Made by a program: the position numbers and the translations under genes. From positions 1 through 41,959 of the IMG/VR virus record IMGVR_UViG_3300032300_000481: a stretch of 41,959 nt of DNA, one strand, 5' to 3'. The notes under the pieces are model-generated. The model saw only the letters and a program-made list of their open reading frames with translations, was not told where the DNA came from and made no database searches. The DNA comes from a virus (Duplodnaviria; Caudoviricetes). Each line of letters opens with the position of its first letter. The stretch's first letter is position 1. Shown here piece after piece: positions 35,712-41,959 of the stretch.

Positions 35712-36027
35712 AATAACTGAAAACTGTACCGCCAAAGTACAGGACCTCATCGCAGAAGAAAACAATCCGGATTTAAAACTCCGAGTATTTGTACAAGGCG
35801 GCGGCTGTTCCGGAATGAGTTATGGATTTACTTTTGACGAAGTTGTTAACGAAGATGATTTCGAAATCGAACGTGGCGGAGTACGATTCCTGATAGATTC
35901 GATAAGCAGTCAATACCTAACTGATTCCAAAATTGATTATGTAGATGATCTCCACGGATCCCAATTTGTTATCCAAAATCCAAACGCACAAACTACTTGC
36001 GGGTGTGGCAGTAGCTTTTCAATCTGA
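35701..36027 (+). CDS. erpA: Iron-sulfur cluster insertion protein ErpA
   Basis: [47 protein letters not shown]. Confidence 0.92.
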   Translation: MNIEITENCTAKVQDLIAEENNPDLKLRVFVQGGGCSGMSYGFTFDEVVNEDDFEIERGGVRFLIDSISSQYLTDSKIDYVDDLHGSQFVIQNPNAQTTCGCGSSFSI

Positions 36028-36056
36028 TTGACAACAGTGGTAAAATCTGTTATACT
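36028..36056 (+). promoter_or_regulatory. Near-consensus sigma70 promoter
   Basis: TTGACA (36028-36033), 17-bp spacer ending in TGn, TATACT (36051-36056), upstream of the ligase RBS GGAG. Confidence 0.8.
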
Positions 36057-36085
36057 ATTGGCATAGTTAAACAATTGGAGAGAAT

Positions 36086-37393
36086 ATGAGTAACTGTGCC
36101 GCTATCATTCGTATTTTAGAAGACCACCCTAGTCGCCTAAACAAAGAAGACATAATCAAATCTGAAGCCCAAATGGCTAATACAGAATTGTTCGAAGGTT
36201 TCCGAATGGCCCTTGACGGTCTATACACATTTGGTGTTAAGAAAGTACCAACGCACGGAGGCCCCGATGGACAGGGACTGCCCTGGGAAGCATTTAAAGA
36301 GTTGGCTCATTTGTTGTATACTAGACAACTTACTGGACATGATGCTCGTGATGCTATTGAACTGGCCCTCAGCGCCAGCACACAGAGCCAATGGAACGAT
36401 TGGTATCGTCGCATACTGATCAAAGACCTACGTTGTGGTGTTAGCGAAAAAACGGTTAACAAAGTACTGAAAGAATTCCCTACTATCACTCCTGTTCCTG
36501 TATTTGACTGTATGTTGGCACACGACGGCGCCAATCATGAAAAGAAAATCGCAGGCAAGAAACTGCTGGAACCTAAACTGGACGGTGTCCGTGTATTGAC
36601 CATCATCAATCGCGACAATCGCACTGTCACGCAGTATAGTCGCAATGGCAAAGAACTCGAAAACTTTACACACATCACAGATGGACTGAAACAGTTCATT
36701 GACAGCTTTGATCGTAATATGGTGCTTGACGGGGAGATCATCAGCACCAGCTTCCAAGCATTGATGAAACAGGTACATCGTAAAGATGATGTCAAAGCTA
36801 GCGATGCTGTGCTCATGCTGTTTGACATTATCCCATTGAGCGAATTCCAAAAAGGCGCAAGTGCTTTGGGACAACGCCGCCGTAGCAACCTGCTGAAAAC
36901 TTTCAAACCCGTGTTTGATCAAGTTGGCAATATCGGTATCGTTCCGCAAACAGAAGTAGACCTTGCTGGATATGTAGGAGAGCTACAGTTCATCCAATTC
37001 AATAAAGAAGCTATCGAAAACGGATACGAAGGCATTATGATCAAAGATATCGATGCCAAATACGAATGTAAACGATCAGTTAGCTGGCTCAAGCAAAAGC
37101 CATTTATTGAAGTTAGCCTTACTGTGCTGGAAACAGAAGAAGGCACGGGACGCAATGAGGGCAAGATGGGCGCTTTGGTCTGCGAAGGCACAGAAGATGG
37201 TAAATTGATCAAAGTTAATGTTGGTTCTGGATTTAGTGATCAAGATCGCGATGACTTTTGGTCATGTCGAGTAGATGGACAAGTCGTAGAAGTACGTGCC
37301 GATGCTATCACACAAAATCAAGACGGTACATATAGTTTGCGGTTTCCTCGATTTTTGAGATTCCGTGGATTTGCCGCAGGTGAAAAGATTTAA
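36086..37393 (+). CDS. ATP-dependent DNA ligase
   Basis: EPKLDGVR (KxDG), SRNGK, LDGEI, FDII, EGIMIK, WLKQK, VGSGFSD and SLRFPRF. Confidence 0.95.
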   Translation: MSNCAAIIRILEDHPSRLNKEDIIKSEAQMANTELFEGFRMALDGLYTFGVKKVPTHGGPDGQGLPWEAFKELAHLLYTRQLTGHDARDAIELALSASTQSQWNDWYRRILIKDLRCGVSEKTVNKVLKEFPTITPVPVFDCMLAHDGANHEKKIAGKKLLEPKLDGVRVLTIINRDNRTVTQYSRNGKELENFTHITDGLKQFIDSFDRNMVLDGEIISTSFQALMKQVHRKDDVKASDAVLMLFDIIPLSEFQKGASALGQRRRSNLLKTFKPVFDQVGNIGIVPQTEVDLAGYVGELQFIQFNKEAIENGYEGIMIKDIDAKYECKRSVSWLKQKPFIEVSLTVLETEEGTGRNEGKMGALVCEGTEDGKLIKVNVGSGFSDQDRDDFWSCRVDGQVVEVRADAITQNQDGTYSLRFPRFLRFRGFAAGEKI

Positions 37394-37411
37394 TAAGGAG
37401 AAACTTTGTAA

Positions 37412-37630
37412 GTGTCTAAAGAAGATTTAATAACATCGGAAGGTGTTGTAGAAGAAGTGTTACCCAACGCAATGTTCAGGGTAAAGATCGCCCAGGGTCC
37501 TATATTGCTAGGGCACATATCAGGTAGAATGCGTCAAAATCGAATACAGATCCTAGCAGGGGATAAGGTAAGGATTGAGATGTCGCCGTATGATCTTACA
37601 AAATGCCGAATTACCTATAGAGAACGGTAA
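37412..37630 (+). CDS. infA: Translation initiation factor IF-1
   Basis: [58 protein letters not shown] start with a TAAGGAG RBS. Confidence 0.95.
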   Translation: MSKEDLITSEGVVEEVLPNAMFRVKIAQGPILLGHISGRMRQNRIQILAGDKVRIEMSPYDLTKCRITYRER

Positions 37631-37642
37631 AATTCAGAAGAC

Positions 37643-37674
37643 AAAAAAATAGCACCTTTCGGTGCTATTCTTTA
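37643..37674. terminator. Intrinsic terminator, probably bidirectional and stronger on the minus strand
   Basis: Stem AATAGCACC (37648-37656) / GGTGCTATT (37661-37669), 4-nt loop (GAAA on minus), A7 run on the left and CTTT on the right, between convergent infA and HNH genes. Confidence 0.85.
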
Positions 37675-38190
37675 TTGATCAATACCTAAGTATGCCGCCC
37701 AACTAGGATGTCCTAATTCAAACGACATCTTTTTACGTTGTTCTACCAACTGGTAGTAGTTCGGTCGCACAGGCATCTTCTTTGGCTTGATCTTATGATT
37801 GTTACCTTTGCGGGCGTTACAATCAGCACAAGCACAAACAGAGTTTTCAAAAGTGGTCTTACCTCCCAGGCTAGTAGGCAGTATGTGATCCAATGTGGCC
37901 GTTTTACGGTTAACATTGATTTCACAGTAAGCACACTTATAGCCGTCACGTAGAAATACATTCTGTTTGCTGAAGCGAATGGACGATTTCTTCTTCATGA
38001 ATTCTTTAACCATGATAACGGCCGGTACTGGTGTTTCCCAACGTGCTGATCTCACGATCCAATCTTCGTGCCACTCTAATACATGAGCCTTGTCCAGGAC
38101 CATGTATTTGATAGCCTCTTGCCAAGAGATAACACTCAATGGCAACATTGAAACTGGGTTTCCGTCTGTGTTTAATACTAGTGTTGTCAT
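37672..38190 (-). CDS. HNH endonuclease (McrA-like, Zn-binding)
   Basis: NVFLRDGYKCAYC..TLDHILP..GGKTTFEN..ACADCNARKG. Confidence 0.9.
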   Translation of the reverse strand: MTTLVLNTDGNPVSMLPLSVISWQEAIKYMVLDKAHVLEWHEDWIVRSARWETPVPAVIMVKEFMKKKSSIRFSKQNVFLRDGYKCAYCEINVNRKTATLDHILPTSLGGKTTFENSVCACADCNARKGNNHKIKPKKMPVRPNYYQLVEQRKKMSFELGHPSWAAYLGIDQ

Positions 38191-38195
38191 ACGAA

Positions 38196-38226
38196 TATTT
38201 ATCGAGTAGTTACATATCGATAATTA
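38196..38226. promoter_or_regulatory. Divergent TAAATA / TAATTA pair within an inverted repeat
   Basis: TATTTATCGA (38196-38205) and TCGATAATTA (38217-38226) form an inverted repeat with one mismatch. They lie 5 nt from the HNH ATG and 17 nt from the epimerase ATG. Confidence 0.55.
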
Positions 38227-38243
38227 TAACATAAGGAACGCAA

Positions 38244-39053
38244 ATGAGCAAGAAGATTTTGATCACAGGACATCAAGGATGGATTGGCAGTAATTTGATT
38301 AAATTGCTCGATCAAAATGGTATAGCATGGATTGGTATCGATAAAAAGAGCGGCAGTGATCTTAGTCTAGATATGAGTTCAATTTGGTCTAGAATAGATG
38401 ATTTTGAAACGATAGTGCATCTCGCCGCCACTCCTAGGATTCCCGCCAGTTGGCTACTGGCAGACCATTACAGGATCAATAATGTCGGTGTTACAGACAA
38501 GCTGGCCAACTTATGTGCTGCCAAAAACAAATATCTAATCTTTGCCAGTTCAAGTTCAGTCTGCGGAAATGGTGACGGACCCTTAAATCCCTACAGCTGG
38601 ACCAAACTGGCTGGAGAACAGAGCATTGAGATGTATGGAAGATCTAAGAGATTAAATTATACTATCCTAAGATTGTTTACCAATTACGGAGAGGATGATC
38701 CTAGCGGATTAGTCATAGGCAAGTGGATTGACCATGAACGCCGGGGAGAATTTATCACCTTACGTGGTACCGGCGAGCAAAGCAGAGACTTCATACATGT
38801 ATCAGACACAGCACAGGCTATATTGGATACTATTTTAACGAGACCGTATGGTAAAAAATTAGACATAGGCACGGGCAAAAGCTACAAATTGATAGATTTA
38901 ACCCAACATTTTACTGTTCCCGTCATAGTCGAACCTGAATTAGAAGGATATGCTACTGCTACACAAGCCGATATCGCAGAAACACAGAAACATATTCCGT
39001 GGAAGGCCAAAATAGAATTAGTCGCATGGTTAAAGAGTCAGCTAATGAAATAA
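38244..39053 (+). CDS. NAD-dependent nucleotide-sugar epimerase/dehydratase (extended SDR)
   Basis: ILITGHQGWIG, VHLAA, FASSSSV, PYSWTK (YxxxK) and QSRDFIHVSD. Confidence 0.9.
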   Translation: MSKKILITGHQGWIGSNLIKLLDQNGIAWIGIDKKSGSDLSLDMSSIWSRIDDFETIVHLAATPRIPASWLLADHYRINNVGVTDKLANLCAAKNKYLIFASSSSVCGNGDGPLNPYSWTKLAGEQSIEMYGRSKRLNYTILRLFTNYGEDDPSGLVIGKWIDHERRGEFITLRGTGEQSRDFIHVSDTAQAILDTILTRPYGKKLDIGTGKSYKLIDLTQHFTVPVIVEPELEGYATATQADIAETQKHIPWKAKIELVAWLKSQLMK

Positions 39054-39056
39054 ATA
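39051..39056 (+). promoter_or_regulatory. TAAATA motif 4 nt before ATG 39061
   Basis: Overlaps the epimerase stop codon. Confidence 0.55.
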
Positions 39057-39060
39057 CCAT

Positions 39061-40755
39061 ATGCCCATATTACTCATCAACACAGGTACCTCTGCAAATG
39101 CCGGAAACGGAGATAGCCTACGTGGTGCTTTTCAAAAAATCAACGTAAATTTTGCTTATCTTAGCACATTAACCAACACTGGAGGTAGTGGAACGAATGT
39201 TAGTATAGGCAATTTTAGTTTTGTCAATAACACTATCAGCACCACAATTACTAACCAAGATATCATATTAGACCCCAATGGTACTGGTAAAGTAAGATTT
39301 TTAAACACTCCTATACAATTTGATAATGGTAGTACTGGAAACATCGGTCAAGAAAGCCAAATATTGTACACAAAGGGAGGCGGAGCAAAGGTTGGCCTGG
39401 GACTAGATGCCACTAACAGTAGTCTAAGGATAGTGGGTGATGCTGTTTCTCTAGGTACGCTAGTTGATATGGGATTGTATAACGGCGTAGCTAACGCATG
39501 GGCTAGCAAGGTACTGGTAGATTATCAAGGTAACGTTACGACCATTGGTAAAGTAGTAGCACTCGGCGGCTTACAATTTAGTGACGGGTCTATACAGAAT
39601 TCATCTAACCCTAGATTAACAGTTAGTTATATCACTTCATCAACAGTTACTGGTGTTATTAACAATATCACTACCATGCGGTTTGATACCGAGTCTGGAT
39701 TTAGTTTAACTGACCTAGGTAGCGGCGCAGTCAAAGTTGGTATGAATAGTACTTTCAAATTTTGGGAAGTAAATGGTCAGAGCACATTGATAGCAGAAGG
39801 GTTAGATCGTATACAGTTCATAGCCGGCACGGGCATGACCATCGCTACCAACACAGGTACTAATCCAAAAAGCATAACATTTAGTTCATCAGGCGGCAGC
39901 GGAGCGAGTCTGGCCAATATCACCGCAACAGATACTACTCTTTATCCTAATACCACTACCAACGGTATCAGTATTTCTAATGTCTATTCAAATGCTAACG
40001 CCAGCTATTTAGGCATTCCTGCCCTAACTGACACAATTACCCCGTTAGTAATATCTAGCCCTAACGAAATACGTATCACTACCAAAGCGGGCAGCACAAA
40101 TCCAATCACTATATCACCAAACGTAGATGGAACAGGACCGGGATATGTTTCAATAGGTAATACTAATTCTACTTCCACTGCTGGTCTATTTGCTTTTTCA
40201 GCGGCAGCCGGTGTTAATTTTTGGCCTAATATTACCATAGCGAAACTAACCGGCGGTGCCAATGCCGGTACGTTAGATATGTACACCTCTGGAAATAATA
40301 ATATTTCTATGAGACCCGGTGGCACCGGTACAGTGGTAGTGGTCAGCACACTGACCGTACAAGGTAGCGTGGTTACTACAGTAGATGTTAGTGCCCAACA
40401 GAGAATACTATTCAGTGTAAATGCTGCTGGTACAGGAGCTTCGGCAACCAGCGCAACGTATGTTACCAGTGCTACTACACTAACAGTAACTAAACAGGTA
40501 CATAAATTATCCAGTAGCGACTATTATCTACCTCCAGGTACAGAAGGACAGATAGTTTATTTCGTTCCTACTACAGGAGCAGTCACCAGCATAAGAATAT
40601 GGTTCCAACGATGGAGATCTATGACCACTGGAACAGCCACAGAGATAGTAGGCATAGCTTGGTATCCATTCTCTGCTACCACCGGAGGATTCATTCCGGT
40701 CTACGCAATATATACAGACGGTGCTTGGACTACCAGCCACGGATACACAAGTTGA
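39061..40755 (+). CDS. Baseplate/tail-fibre-like structural protein
   Basis: N-terminus INTGTSANAGNGDSLRGAFQKINVNF resembles the T4 gp9/gp10 N-terminal motif. Also DIILDPNGTGKV and a T/S/G-rich composition. Confidence 0.75.
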   Translation: MPILLINTGTSANAGNGDSLRGAFQKINVNFAYLSTLTNTGGSGTNVSIGNFSFVNNTISTTITNQDIILDPNGTGKVRFLNTPIQFDNGSTGNIGQESQILYTKGGGAKVGLGLDATNSSLRIVGDAVSLGTLVDMGLYNGVANAWASKVLVDYQGNVTTIGKVVALGGLQFSDGSIQNSSNPRLTVSYITSSTVTGVINNITTMRFDTESGFSLTDLGSGAVKVGMNSTFKFWEVNGQSTLIAEGLDRIQFIAGTGMTIATNTGTNPKSITFSSSGGSGASLANITATDTTLYPNTTTNGISISNVYSNANASYLGIPALTDTITPLVISSPNEIRITTKAGSTNPITISPNVDGTGPGYVSIGNTNSTSTAGLFAFSAAAGVNFWPNITIAKLTGGANAGTLDMYTSGNNNISMRPGGTGTVVVVSTLTVQGSVVTTVDVSAQQRILFSVNAAGTGASATSATYVTSATTLTVTKQVHKLSSSDYYLPPGTEGQIVYFVPTTGAVTSIRIWFQRWRSMTTGTATEIVGIAWYPFSATTGGFIPVYAIYTDGAWTTSHGYTS

Positions 40756-40766
40756 GATTATAAAAA

Positions 40767-41959
40767 ATGACACATGTAAGAAAAATTAAAGCTGGTGGTG
40801 TTAATACAACCTGGCAAAATTTTGTCGGAGAAGTAGGCACACTATTCTATGATCATACATTGGGAAATCTAAGACTCAGTGATGGTCATACCCCCGGTGG
40901 TGTCGCTCCTACTATAGATAGATTAACTAGCGGATTGAATTCTATCAGTATTAATGCCGGCGGACACTTATTACCAAGTGGTGATTCAATAAACGATTTA
41001 GGAAGCACCTCGAGTCAATGGCGTAGTCTATATGTCAGCACAAATACGATCTTTATCGGAGGAATTAGTGTTGGAGTTTCTACATCAGGAGCATTAGTAG
41101 TTGGAGGAGGAGTTGTTGTAAGTGGGTTTACCGGAACTGCGGTAACTAGTTCGATTAATACTTCTACCGGTTTAGTCACGTTGACATTTAACACGGCAAC
41201 TATGGTGGCCAGCGCAGTAACCGCTACAGGATTGGGACCAAACGTCATAACGATCAGCAATACCAGTTCAGCAACTTCTAGTACATCGGGTGCCTTACGA
41301 GTGTCGGGAGGAGTTGGTGTAGTTGGCAGCGTGTATGCCGGTGCTGTATACTCAAATGGTTATGCTGTATCAACATCTACTACTATACAACTCAATGGTG
41401 CCACGCTAGGTTCTCCTACTATTATTAATTTTGCCACTGGTACAACTGCTAGTATAGTAGGTAGTACAGTTACAGTACAGGCCACCGTATTCAATACAGC
41501 TACACTAGTTGCCAATGCAGTTAGTGCCGATACAGCCACTATCGCACAAAGCGTCGTTGGTGGTATTGGAGTTGCTTCACTAACGGCAGGTACTGGTACT
41601 TTCATTAGTACATCAACCGGTGCTGTGACTATATGGGTTAATACTGCTAGTGGAGGTACTATATTCAATACCGGCACCCTAGTAGCACTAGCAGTTACTA
41701 GTACATTTGCTCAATCATTTAATACAAGTACATTAGTAGCATTGGCAGTTACAAGTACATTTGCTCAAAGTTTCAACACGGCCACATTGGTTAACACAGC
41801 GATTAATGCCACAACATCAAGTTATGCCACAACGGCTACATTTGCTCAGAGTTTCAACACGGCCACATTGGTATCACTGGCAGTTACAAGTACATTTGCT
41901 CAGAGTTTCAACACGGCCACATTGGTATCACTGGCAGTTACAAGTACATTTGCTCAGAG
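40767..41959 (+). CDS. Tail-fibre-like protein with Mtd-N-like N-terminus and 18-aa repeats (3'-truncated; missing from the ORF track)
   Basis: Hand translation from ATG 40767: MTHVRKIKAGG..FVGEVGTLFYDHTLGNLRLSDGHTPGG..DLGSTSSQWRSLY..GALRVSGGVGV... The frame stays open to the window end. Confidence 0.85.
   Translation, partial: MTHVRKIKAGGVNTTWQNFVGEVGTLFYDHTLGNLRLSDGHTPGGVAPTIDRLTSGLNSISINAGGHLLPSGDSINDLGSTSSQWRSLYVSTNTIFIGGISVGVSTSGALVVGGGVVVSGFTGTAVTSSINTSTGLVTLTFNTATMVASAVTATGLGPNVITISNTSSATSSTSGALRVSGGVGVVGSVYAGAVYSNGYAVSTSTTIQLNGATLGSPTIINFATGTTASIVGSTVTVQATVFNTATLVANAVSADTATIAQSVVGGIGVASLTAGTGTFISTSTGAVTIWVNTASGGTIFNTGTLVALAVTSTFAQSFNTSTLVALAVTSTFAQSFNTATLVNTAINATTSSYATTATFAQSFNTATLVSLAVTSTFAQSFNTATLVSLAVTSTFAQ
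41664..41959 (+). repeat. In-frame 54-bp tandem repeat encoding FNT(A/S/G)TLV(A/S)LAVTSTFAQS
   Basis: Units start at 41664, 41718, 41772 (81-bp variant), 41853 and 41907. The last two are nucleotide-identical up to the window end. Confidence 0.92.

Noticed and set aside
37672-38190. HNH gene as a mobile homing endonuclease or intron
   Set aside because: It is free-standing with its own promoter motif and terminator, interrupts no gene, and lacks recognisable extra DNA-binding modules.
39061-40755. Enrichment of N-x-S/T glycosylation sequons
   Set aside because: A hand count gives about 16 of 45 Asn, which is not convincingly above expectation for such a Ser/Thr-rich protein.
40767-40910. 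Diversity-generating retroelement suggested by the Mtd-N-like domain
   Set aside because: No reverse transcriptase or TR/VR pair is visible in the window, and this N-terminal motif is common in fibre proteins.
41664-41959. Possible CRISPR array
   Set aside because: Units are contiguous, in-frame multiples of 3 with synonymous variation and no unique spacers; no cas genes are present.
1-41959. Stop-codon reassignment, tRNA or rRNA genes
   Set aside because: Genes are full length under the standard code and end in TAA, TGA and TAG with tight packing. No intergenic space or cloverleaf-like sequence was seen.

Overview
This window looks like part of a large tailed-phage (T4-like/jumbo) genome, probably with a proteobacterial host. 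The basis is gene-dense standard-code ORFs, a SleB-type cell-wall hydrolase, an ATP-dependent DNA ligase, baseplate/tail-fibre proteins, host-like iscA/iscU/erpA/infA genes, and a T4-late-like TAAATA motif at nearly every transcription-unit head. About 30 kb (1.6-31 kb) is a dense tailoring-enzyme island. It holds 8 radical SAM genes in three architectures, 7 Asp/Asn-beta-hydroxylase-type 2OG-Fe(II) oxygenase genes (8 domains), a tryptophan-halogenase-family flavoenzyme, a truncated adenylation enzyme with SGNH and GNAT neighbours, a CX5R phosphatase, an APH-type kinase, a methyltransferase, two beta-propellers, two paralogous unknown bi-domain enzymes and four GT-A glycosyltransferases. The island runs into Ser/Thr/Gly-rich virion protein genes and a phage Fe-S assembly trio carrying the same promoter motif. 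My main hypothesis (inference) is a late-expressed pathway that chemically decorates virion proteins or their glycans. The window ends inside a 54-bp tandem repeat of a tail-fibre-like gene that is absent from the ORF track. All family calls come from motif recognition by eye; no searches were run.
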